DNA from: Spizellomyces punctatus DAOM BR117
Taxonomy: Eukaryota
Strand: one strand, 5' to 3'
NCBI GenBank assembly: GCA_000182565.2
Contig: KQ257458.1
Length of the DNA: 64,000 nucleotides
Below the pieces are notes generated by a model. It was not told the origin of the DNA. It saw only the letters and a program-made list of their open reading frames with translations, and ran no database searches. Positions within the stretch are counted from its first letter, which is position 1. Every line of letters starts with the position of its first letter. Shown here piece after piece: positions 53,517 through 64,000 of the stretch. The position numbers and the translations under genes are program-made.

Positions 53517-56500
53517 ATGCATTTCATAATCAATTTCGGACGCGAACGTCAGAACGCGAAGTGTGCTGTGAACGCCAAAGGTGTTCTAACCGATCAAAAA
53601 ATGATCAGAGACTGGGACGAACTGTCAGAAGAATGGCAGGAAACTACCGACGCTTTGCAGACAGAATCATATCCGACTGGCCCATTCTCGGGGAGTCAAA
53701 GCGCCGAAGATGCGTCGGACGACGGAAATGCAGACTCATCTACCGTGCGAGTCATCGGAGATCAGCAGAGGCACAGTGGCATATCGGCTAACTCACGCCC
53801 TTGGGAAAGGAGCCAGCTGAAGGATATGTTTAGCCCCCTTTCTTTGGAGAGACTTTTTAAAGCCCCGGTTGGGTCAAGGCCTGATTCAACTCCTCCCAAA
53901 GGAATGGCATCGCGATATAATGCAGTTTCAGAGCGGTGGGCGGACCAAGCACTTTCAGATACAGCACACTCTGTCGCGATGATGCATGAAGAGGCGAATG
54001 CGCTGCACAGACCGGAGGAGAAAGGATATCCATCGGAAGAACCTCTTGTACACTGGGACCATCAAATACCTGCCCACGCGTTCGCCGAACTGTCATTATT
54101 TGTGGACCCAGATGTCCATCCGAAAACGCAATTAGCTGATCTAACAGGCCTGGACGTCTCCGCTTCGCGCATTGAGGGTAATCAAGATATATCTTTATCA
54201 CTAGGTGAACGATCATATCGGGATCGTGGTGGGGGTCCGAGCTCAGAAGGGACTCCCAAGAAACATCGCCAGCACGCCCAGTATTGGGGAAACGGATCCA
54301 TAGGAGTTCCACGGGGACCGCAGGTTCCAAAGAGAACAGAATGGCCAGAGGCGCATAAGAAGTTAATGCTGCCAAGAAACAATCTTGGAGCCGACAATGA
54401 TGATCCCCCTCGCCGCCCATCGACTGGCAGAGATACGACTCTCAGCAATACTTCGTGGCCCGATGGTGCCGACCTGTTTCAAGTTGACTACGACACAAAA
54501 ACGCGCAGCTACCTTGAGGCACTTGTGGATGAGCTGCGAAGTAGCAAGCAGCAGCCTCAGAATCAAGGGAGAAACGACGGAGGCGATACTGGCATAGACC
54601 TAACCCAGAATACAAGCGCGAACATTGAACTTAGACCCATAGCCTCTACGACCCACGACCTAATTCCATCACACGACTCGCAATTGGAGCCATCGATTAC
54701 ACACCTCAATCACAAGGTAGGTGACACCACATGTGTGCGCACAAGCTTGGGTGCTCTATTACTTACGCTACCCAAGTCATACACTGTAAATAATGCACCG
54801 TACTACTCAGACGAGGATGAGGCTAATGAACCAATCGACATACCTCCGAGCGCAGAACCCGCCTCTGCGGATGATTGTCCAAGAAATGTTAGCATGCCCG
54901 CAGACCTTCAGAGCTACCCTTCAGATATTGATTTTTTGGAGGACGTGTTCGAAAACTCTATCCGAGCTTCTCGCTCTCGGGGTCCAGCACAAGCCTTCGC
55001 TGGGTCTGTGGAAATACATGGACAAAGGGGGAATCATTCCGGTAGCCCGAACAAGTCGTCAACCAAGTCGGAATCGGGAAGGAGTAGTCAGTCCAAGATT
55101 CTAACAATTCGAAACCTTAGCAGCGCGAAAAATAAATGTAAGAGCTTGGAATTCGCTTTCATTTGCGTGCTTCTGCTTAGAGTCATTTCTTCTTATAGCA
55201 TCAGTCATACTTTCGCATCTTGGTGCTAGCTCACAAATGCGATTCAATGAGGACAAACAGCGCTGGGAAGAAAATGATGATTTGATGGAAGAAATACCAC
55301 ACTCCGTCGCTGAAGGCACTGCTCAGGCTTCAGCTGCGCGGCAAGAGCCCGCTGAACAGTGCATTACAGGAACTGGCCCAGTACCTGCGAACCTTGAGCA
55401 AGAGGCACAATACATGTACGGAAGTCCTGACTCCGGTATGCTTTTTGCAGTATTATTACTTCGAGTACCAGTGCCAACCGCTGTTCAAATCTAGGCGACA
55501 TCCGCAGCGTGGCCGGTTGCAGTGACGCAACAGTTCAAGGTAAGGCCATAACGTGATTATCGTAGATGCTGGCAACTGCTAAACTTTATTTAAGCAGGGA
55601 CAGAAACGCAGCCAGAGATTGCCACAACATTAAGCAGACAGCCGGGAGATCAGCTTCAAAGGGAGCTTCACGGTAGGTAGGATGGCGTTTTGCTGTTTCT
55701 GCGCAGTGGTGGTGATCCATGTCGCAATTTCAAGAAGAGTTACCACAGATTCGCAGCCCCACCTCAGTTCGGTCACAGCGAATGGTCTTGGAAGACCTCC
55801 ATACTCCTGCTGTAACCCGAACAGGTTTGTAAGACCAAACTTGGAACTCAGCACAAGAAGGTGTGCACCAGGGATCTGCCGGCTTGGACCGGTTGTTCTA
55901 TGGATGCGCCAACCCAAGCTATTTACTGACGTGGGCGTTTTCCTTGAAGGAAGCCGATTCCAAAGTAACCCTGAGCGGAAGGAAGAGCCGGGGGAGCCAG
56001 GCACTTCTGGCGGAATGCTACCGAATCTTGCGAAAGCCCTAAAACTCCAGGCGGACTGGATGACCATGACTCACCTGGATCTAAGTCGATACGGGATTGG
56101 CTCTGTTCACAGTCTGAAGAGACATGCCCCTCAAGTGCGGACTCTGAAAGTGTGAGCCCGAAGCAGTCCATGTCCGCAGCTCAAAGTATATTAACCCTTC
56201 TGTGCGATGATGGCATTAGGAACGACAATAAGCTTCCGTACCTCAATGGGGTTCCAGAAACTGTCGCGGTTTTGCATGCTCAGAACAACCTGTATGTCGT
56301 CATGGTCATCTGTGCCCTGTGGTGTATCAAAGTACTCACATAAACTTCACATTTTGTGGCAGCCTCTCCAACATCACGACATTTGCCCATCTTCCAGCCC
56401 TGCAATTTCTCGATATATCCGGTAATATGGTTGAAGATCTCTCCGGTAGGGTTGTCCTTGTGAGTACAGAATATCGCATGCTTGCTCAGTATACCTAATG

Positions 56501-57888
56501 GTCCACCAGGGTTGACGTGTTTACCAAATCTACGTGAACTCCATGCGGCAAATAATAGAATCCGCCATTGTGCCCACCTGATATATATGCCTCGCCTAGT
56601 ACGAGCGAATCTTCGTGGGAACAATATCGCTCGAATTGAACTAAAATTCCATGGGCCGTAAGTTTCAGCATGTTATCCGACTACAAGGTCTCCCGTGTTT
56701 AACAGGCCTTGATCTCACATGACACCAGTTACCGTTTGGAATATTTGGATTTATCTTGCAACGACATTGACAATGTTACTGGAATTGAGCGCCTCGTGTG
56801 CCTCCGAGAACTGATACTAGGTACGTAACAGGATTCCAGGTGTCCCTTCCCACGATACTGACCGTCTACTAGACCAGAACCGTCTGGGTAGTCTAAATCT
56901 CCGAGGAGAGCTGTCGAACATGGAAGTTTTGAGCCTTAATGACAATGAATTGCAAACATTTGACGGCCGGCACTGGCCGAACCTGCGACGATTGTCACTG
57001 GACCGAAACCGAATACAGCATTTCAGCCACGAAAAATATTTGTCACATTTGCAGAATCTGTCAATAGAGCGTCAGAGTGTGCCAGTACTGTAAGTCAACA
57101 TATAAGTACTGTCCGTGTCAATGATGTTGACGGATACTGCATTCAACCCAGGATGATAAAGTTTTCGCACCTACGGCGACTCACTGATTTGCGTATTTCA
57201 GGTAGTGTCGCGCTATCCCAACATCAGAGCTTCGGTCGTTCACTTAACGGTCTCACCAATCCATTATAGGCAATTCGTTTCGAGACTTGCGTGCTCTGCG
57301 ACACAACATCCGGCTGCAGTTTTTGGAGGCACAGGCGACTGGCATATCGCATATTCCTGAAGACTTTGCAAGAAACCTACGGGAGTTGGCACATCTGAAT
57401 CTCAGCGATAATGAAATAACAGAAATTCAGACCGTGCGACATCTGAAATCCTTGCGGTCGCTGATCATGACAGGAAACGCGATTGAGGACTTTGCGATGA
57501 TTAGTGAGGCTTTGAAAGGGCTAACGCGGGTGGAAGTACTGGATTTCAGGTGTGAAGATGATCTGGGCGCTGAATACTTTGCTGTATTGCTAACGCGTCT
57601 TTTAGGCACAATCCGGTCACTGCACGCTTTTATGCACAGCGGACAACTCCGCTGGATGAATCGCAGTGGTTGACTTCAGATGAGCTTTTCCGCAAGCAGC
57701 TGAACGACGCGGATTTTGTCCGACGGACATGCTACCGCAGCAGCTTGATAAGCATACTACGGGGTTCACTTCGATCCTTGGACAACATTGCAACAGGAGA
57801 GCCGGACAAAAAGGTGGCTAAATATCAAATGAGCCGTCTCAAAAGCTCGTTGCGCAGATCAATGAGCAGTGTCACGATGGGAGACTAG
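53517..57888 (+). CDS. Leucine-rich repeat protein, possibly a Nud1/Cdc11-like SIN/MEN scaffold, multi-exon (start uncertain)
   Basis: Disordered N-terminus with MFSPLSLERLF, many LRRs (LDLSCNDI, LSLNDNEL, LNLSDNEI) and an LRR-cap YRSSLI...LRSLD. Confidence 0.7.
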
Positions 57889-57925
57889 GAACGGTATTAT
57901 AATTGATGAAGGTTTCAACAGCGGC

Positions 57926-58383
57926 CTATACAACTTTTGGTGCCATCGATATGATCTTTGTCCATCGCTTCTGTCTGCACTCGTTTGCAACTGCCCCTAG
58001 CACTCTATTCCCCAATGGCTGCCCCTGCTTGTTCAGCATGACGACCGCATTGTCATCAAAGCGCACATATGACCCATCTAATCGGCGGACTTCTTTTCGA
58101 GTTCGTACCACCAGCGCTCTGGCCACGTCTCCCTTTTTCAGCTTGCTCACGGCCGCTTGAGCGGTGCTCGGTCCCGTCTCGACATTCAATGGCCGCGCCT
58201 TCTTTACGACGCAAACAATCTCATCCCCCAAAGAAGCGTGCCTTGCACCTCCAAGTACGTTAATGCATTCAACCAACAGGGCGCCCGAGTTATCGATAAC
58301 CTGTTTTCAGTCCGTTAGACTTGTTGCAGTTGAGAAAAGAATTAAAACGAACTTACTTTCAGTAAGCTCTTTAGCTGAATCAT
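57926..58383 (-). CDS. MRPL14: Mitochondrial ribosomal protein uL14m, 2 exons
   Basis: [16 protein letters not shown]...GDEIVCVV...[13 protein letters not shown]...[11 protein letters not shown]. Confidence 0.93.
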
Positions 58384-59032
58384 CTCCAGACACTCTACAG
58401 ACTAGTTGTTGTTCGTCGAATTCGTCGACCCGTTTCACTATGGCAAATGTGAAGATCACCGCTCTGCAGTTTGTCTTCCAATATGATGGTTGCTATGAGG
58501 GTCACGTGATATTGACAGAAGGCTCAAAGACTCAAGTTTCATATTCAATCGTCGAAGATATCTTCCAAGCTGATATTGGCAGATGAATGCAGCGTTTGAC
58601 GTAGCGCAGTTCCGTTATTTCGCTCTTGCCCGTCCTGGTTGCTTCTTTGGTTTTGACGTTTTTGTCAAATGTTGAATTCCAGCAAGATTCAAAACGCGCG
58701 ACGGTTGGGCTTAGTACGCTTAGTTGACTGCTGGCAAGATGCGACTGGGGCAAAAGTGTGGCATCCCAACTCACAAACGATTGGAACAAAACAGATACTC
58801 CCAATTAGGAGCTTCTTGTCGAGCGTACCATTAGCAGATTTGTGAACCAGGGTACGTGGAGCAATTCTGTTGGCTGCTCAACCCTATCGGTTTTTGCCGC
58901 GCGCGCCTTGGAAGCTGCAAGTGCTAAAGTTCCCCTCCATAGTGCCAAATCTTTCTCGCGCATAGCGCTACTGCGGACAGCCAGCCACCCCATCCCTCCC
59001 CCAACTATTTATCAAGGTGTTCTGCTGTATCC

Positions 59033-60124
59033 ATGTCTGTTAAAGACCGAACAGCCGAATTTCACGCGGCTGTAGAGTCAATACTTTCCCGGTCGGGTCC
59101 TGGAAGTGTGGTGCCTGCCGAACGACATAGGCTTATTAGTCCCAACGGAAGCCATGCAGGTCCCCAAACAAAGTCAGATTTTGCCAAAGCGGCGGCATCT
59201 ATAGGAAGGGAAATAAATGCTACTGTAGCAAAGTTGCAAAAGCTCGCGCGGCTAGCGAAGCGGAAGACCTTGTTTGACGACCGACCTGTCGAGATTAACG
59301 AGTTGATTTATATCATCAAACAAGATATCGCAAAAATAAATCAGCAGATAGCACAACTTTCGGCATGGATGCGAAAGAACGGGCCAAACGGGGCGGTGGC
59401 TGCAAGCGGACGAGCACCAAGTGGCGGGTCGACCAACAGCAATCGGCAAATGCAGGAGCACTCGTCGAATGTGATTACAAGCTTACAAAGCAAGCTTGCG
59501 ACAACGTCGAATGAATTCAAAAGCATCTTGGAGATACGGACGGAAAACATGAAAGAGCAAAAAACCAGGAGAGATCAGTACTCATCATTTTCCGGAGTAC
59601 CGACTACACCATCAGGAGGAATAATGGGTACTATGGGGACTGCCGGTGCCGCATCCGATTCGCCATTGTATAACCCAGAGAGAAGAGCAACGCCAGTACC
59701 TTATAATTTGGAGAATCAAAAGGCAGCCGTCCCTCCTGGTGATGGCGCGGTAGTGATCGACTTCGGTTCTGCGGGGATGCCGTCCTCGGGAAACGGAGGC
59801 TTATTGCAGCAGCAACAGCTTGTTCCAACCAGCTCAACCGTAAATATGGAAATCATTGAGTCGCGATCTCAAGCAATCGAGTCGATTGAAGCAACGATTG
59901 CGGAGCTTGGGCAAATATATCAGAACTTTGCCTCCATGGTAGCGAGTCAACGGGAGCAGGTTCAACGAATCGACGAGAACGTGCTTGATATTGAAATGAA
60001 CGTTGAAGGGGCACATTCACAGCTGATAACATTTTATCAAAACATCAGCAGCAATCGATGGTTGATGATCAAGGTGTTTGCGGTCTTACTCGTCTTTTTC
60101 CTGATCTTCGTGTTGATGACGTAA
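59033..60124 (+). CDS. SED5: Syntaxin-5 / Sed5 Golgi t-SNARE
   Basis: N-terminal DRTAEF, LAKRKTLFDDRPVEI, SNARE domain IEATIAELGQI...VQRIDENV, and C-terminal TM helix. Confidence 0.96.
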   Translation: MSVKDRTAEFHAAVESILSRSGPGSVVPAERHRLISPNGSHAGPQTKSDFAKAAASIGREINATVAKLQKLARLAKRKTLFDDRPVEINELIYIIKQDIAKINQQIAQLSAWMRKNGPNGAVAASGRAPSGGSTNSNRQMQEHSSNVITSLQSKLATTSNEFKSILEIRTENMKEQKTRRDQYSSFSGVPTTPSGGIMGTMGTAGAASDSPLYNPERRATPVPYNLENQKAAVPPGDGAVVIDFGSAGMPSSGNGGLLQQQQLVPTSSTVNMEIIESRSQAIESIEATIAELGQIYQNFASMVASQREQVQRIDENVLDIEMNVEGAHSQLITFYQNISSNRWLMIKVFAVLLVFFLIFVLMT

Positions 60125-60493
60125 ATACTGATTGGGGAGGAGGAAGCAGGGAGGGGAAGGCGGCGACGATCTTTGTCGCGCCTGATCATTTAGATTATAC
60201 TACTTTTACACGTTATTTGCTGCTTGGGATTTGAAACTATTAATATACCTCATGAGACGGCAAAGAGCCGCTTGATTCTGAATTCTTTTCCTCCGGTTCT
60301 CTACAAGATGATTCATCGTGTGCTCTATTCGCATTCTACTGTGAGTCAATTGTGAAGTTTTGAAGCCACACAAGCCACCATCGCGCGCATTACATAATCA
60401 AGCAAAGTACTGGGTATCTCAACCTTCTGCCCTTCCAGTCTACAGATCCACACATCATTCCGTAGATCCTAGTGCCTTCTTCTCTGATTCAAA

Positions 60494-62254
60494 ATGATGA
60501 CTGTACGTAATTCCAAGCACTCGCACGATTATGTCCTGAAAACTCAGAGTGCGCCAACGTCTGCCTCCAACGACCGACTGTGCCATATTTGTGGATCGAC
60601 ATTTGCCAAAGCATTCCTCCCGGCCCATCAGAGAACGTACGTAGCTACCCTTTTATGGAGGAGGATTCTCATCTCAAGATATTTCCTTTCAGATGCGTGA
60701 AAAGGAGTGTCAAAACGAGTGCTCGGACATCGAGGGTTGGATTGGCCTTCTCAGCAGCTGCAAATGTCCGAACATCGTTCTATCCATGCACAAATTGTAC
60801 GTTCTCAATGACATTACCGTGGGAGAACGAGAAGCTGACCCTCTGATGATGGATTCGCTTCCTTCCAGGCATGGAAAACATTCCGCACCACAAACTTTCC
60901 GAGCATCTTCGAACCTGTCGAGGAGCCCACACCCGCTCCTCAACGGCATCCGTTCTGAGACGGGGAGCAGATGCGCACCGCCAGCAACCATCTACACGGA
61001 TGACTGCGACCACTCTTACCCGGGAAGCAGTGTTAATGAGAGCGAATCAAGCTCTGCAGAGGAACTCGAAGAATAGTCCTGGCCGCATGAACGGCTTTGA
61101 TGGGGATTGGGATCTAGACCGGCAGGCATTTCATGGGCCGTACGAGTTTGAAACACATAAAAGCACTTCCAGAGCTGCGGCTGCAGCGGAACGGCAGATG
61201 GAACCCCCAAACCGCTTTGTGCCTAAACGAACAGTGACAAGTGCAGCAAATCTTACTAATAGGTCAGGACAAAGCAGTAAGAATACTTTTTCACAACACC
61301 ATGACTATCATGATGCGGAGCACTGGGAATCGGATCGTATGCATCATTCACTTTATGATTATGAGAAAGAGGATACGGGTCGTATAACCCATCCAGAGTA
61401 TAACCATTCCTCACAGGAGGGGCGACGTCTGTCCAGCACATCCGCCGCATATCAACAATCCTCATCGTTCGGGCAACACGAATCGAGTAGTTCTCTGGAA
61501 GAAAGTTATGTAGACGGACCAAGGATACCGTGTCCTTCTTGTGGACGAAAGTTCATGGAGCAGGAACGGCTGGTAAGTAGCGCAACTGAGCAGTGCAACA
61601 GTTGTCGAGGAAACATTTTAAGAAATTGGGTGCAATAGGATAAACACATGGCAGCTTGCGCCAAATCCCAAAAACCACGAAAGATCTTTGACGCCAGCAA
61701 AGCTCGTGTCCGAGGAACCGAGTTGGAACAGTATGCTAATCGCCGATCTGATACTGGCCAATTAGGGAGCCTCAAACAGAAGGTATTTGGTTTCTTTGAT
61801 ATTGCATTGATGAACAGGACTTTAATGCGCACCATCTTACCACCAGGGCCTGCCACATGACGAAATTTTACTGAAACCGCGCAAAGCAAACTGGCGTGCG
61901 AAGCATGAGAAATTCATTCAAATGGTCCGAGCAGCGCGGCAACCCCATCCGTCTAGCAATTCCACAGAAAAGAAAACAGGGACAGTAACTCGCACACCGG
62001 TTGGCCCGTCCGAACCTGATCCAGACCTTGTGCCATGCGACTATTGTGGCAGACGATTCAACCACGACACAGCTGTACGACACATACCCTTCTGTCGCGA
62101 CTCCAAGCAAAAATCACAACATCGCTCCAGTGCTAGGCCACACAATGCCTCAAATGCGTCGAGCCCGTCAAAGGAAGATATGCTCAAGAAACGGACGGCC
62201 TATCGACCTCCCTTGCCAAAAGTTAAGGGCAAGTCTCCCATAAAAATGCAATAA
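60494..62254 (+). CDS. Multi C2HC zinc-finger protein (ZC2HC1/FAM164-like), multi-exon
   Basis: CPSCGRKF...HMAAC, RKIFDASKARVRGTE, WRAKHEKFI and LVPCDYCGRRFNHDTAVRHIPFC. Confidence 0.85.
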
Positions 62255-62360
62255 TCCTTCCATGTTCTGGCAACGCAGTGCTCCAAAAGGGCCCGACTGA
62301 TCAATTTTAATGATAAATCGAAATAATATGCCGTTACAGGGACTGTCTAAAATTTCATAC

Positions 62361-64000
62361 TCATTTCTTTCCCTTCTTCTTTTTCTTATTGGACGTTGCT
62401 TGTTGCGCTGGTGGTGCAGGTTTCTGTGTCACAGGGGCAAGTTGCGGGCTGTCTGGGGGCGTTTCCTTTTTTGCTCCAACACTACAATATCCAATCGTTA
62501 GTTATGATGATTACAAGTACAATGTAACGACTACACCGCACCTCTTTCTTCCCTCAATGTTAGCGCTCCCGGTTCCGCCTGAATATAACCGTAGATGTTA
62601 TCCATCATCTGTTCTGCTCGGCATCAAAAGAAAATAAACTTACCCAGTCCTCCACCAGCTAGTGCGGCTCCTTGCGGGCCTTTGCCGATATCCCGCTTTC
62701 CCTTACCCTTCTTTGCATAGGTAGAACGATCTCTTTTAGGTAACCACCTCTCTAAATTCGTTGAGTTCATAATTAATAAAAGTCGGGGATGCTATCAGCA
62801 TATTCGAATAGATACCTGGATCTGGTGCAACATTGGGATCAATGTTTTTAGGAAGTTTTGGCTTTCGCTTTCGTTTTTTGGGCTTTGATGACCCTTCAGC
62901 GCCGGTTTCACGCATGCGCTTGTTGTTACCCGTACTACCGAAAGCCGACTCAATGGCGTCAACATCAATGAAGCTCTTGGGTACTTGGGCGTCTGATGGA
63001 AGGTATTGCTGATACTGCTCCGCCAGTGAGGGATCGAACTCGGAATATGCTATTATGAGTCCAGCGACCGACTCCACGTCGGTAGGATCAGCCTTAACAA
63101 GACGTTCATAGTCTTGAGCAGCATCCTGTGGCCGCTGACATTTGAGCTTATAGGAGGCTAACTGTTTGAGGATGGGCCGCTCGTTCTATACATGCCATAA
63201 ATGAGCACAACGTGTAACTTAAATTCCAATCAAGGACTTACATTTGACCCCTTCCAGAACCGTGTTGCCTCTTCCAGCAGAGAGACAGCTGTGTCCACTT
63301 CGTTTACTTGTCCGTACAACCAAACCAGCAAGGAAACCACTGCGGGTTGATACCGCTTATCCTCACTGGCACTGTCAGCAAAAGTCTTCATTAGATTGAG
63401 CGCTCCGCGAAGGTTTGACTGCTCAATCAGCAACTGAGCCAGGGCAAGATGGATGGAAAGAGAGTGTGGAAGCTTTTGCACGTATTGCTGATTTTTTTGC
63501 ATACTTAAGTTAGCCAGTTTAGCTCACATTTTACAAAAAATACAGAGACCCACCTGCAACTCTTCCAAAGCTTTGGATGGCAGCTTCTTTTCCTGCAGAG
63601 ATATACCCGCTAAAATTAGATAGGGGGTATCGTCACCCGGGTATTGATCACAAAGAGCTTTCGCTTTTTGTCGCGCATCACCAAACTGGCAAGTCACATC
63701 TATGAGATTTGCAGCAAAGAGCAGAACGCTATTTGAAGAACATTACCTTGCTCATGGAGAGAGACAACAAGGCGCCGTTAACAGCAATAATCCTCCTTTG
63801 CACACTAGTGAGTTTGTGCTCCAAACCGCTGGATGTTGCCAAGCGATACAATTTTGCGGCGTCCGGTAGATCCCGATTCTTTTTAACAGTCATTAAGTTG
63901 TTGGACGCAATGGCCGAGATAGCCGTGTCTGTGCCCCTACGAATAGTCAAGGTTCGTCAATGACGGACTTGCGTGTGAATATGATGAAATTAAGCCTACT
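62361..64000 (-). CDS. SRP72: Signal recognition particle subunit SRP72, 3' part (runs off the window)
   Basis: TPR-like exons, AIASNNL, KKRKRKPKLPKN...PDPERWLPKRDRS, and Lys-rich C-terminus. Confidence 0.92.

Overview
Intron-rich fungal genomic DNA, almost certainly a chytrid. A flagellar SPAG17/PF6-like gene is present, and the Fanzor closely matches my recollection of Spizellomyces punctatus SpuFz1. The first ~7.5 kb is an accessory region containing a three-tier nest of mobile elements. The 3' half of a Fanzor1 RNA-guided nuclease gene (3377-4349, two in-frame TGA stops, all three RuvC motifs retained) is followed by an apparently intact omega-RNA scaffold and guide (~4364-4452). It is cut by a minus-strand Ty3/Gypsy-like LTR retrotransposon (5' LTR 2804-3376, PBS, gag, start of protease). 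That element is in turn interrupted by the PPT and 3' LTR (167-766) of a related plus-strand element. An AT-rich island with a small secreted Pro-rich gene and decayed paralogues follows. The rest is core genome: AreA-type GATA factor, two identical tRNA-Leu(CAA) genes sharing extended 3' flanks, RPL34, PAQR/Izh, cyclophilin, Hsp104, a divergent cNMP phosphodiesterase / cyclic-nucleotide-gated channel pair, BTG/Tob, an RS-rich protein, MSH2, annexin, an Egh16-like secreted protein, a PKA-like kinase, SPAG17, an LRR (Nud1/Cdc11-like) protein, mitochondrial uL14, Sed5, a C2HC zinc-finger protein and partial SRP72. Spliced gene boundaries are approximate, and family calls come from motif recognition, not database searches.
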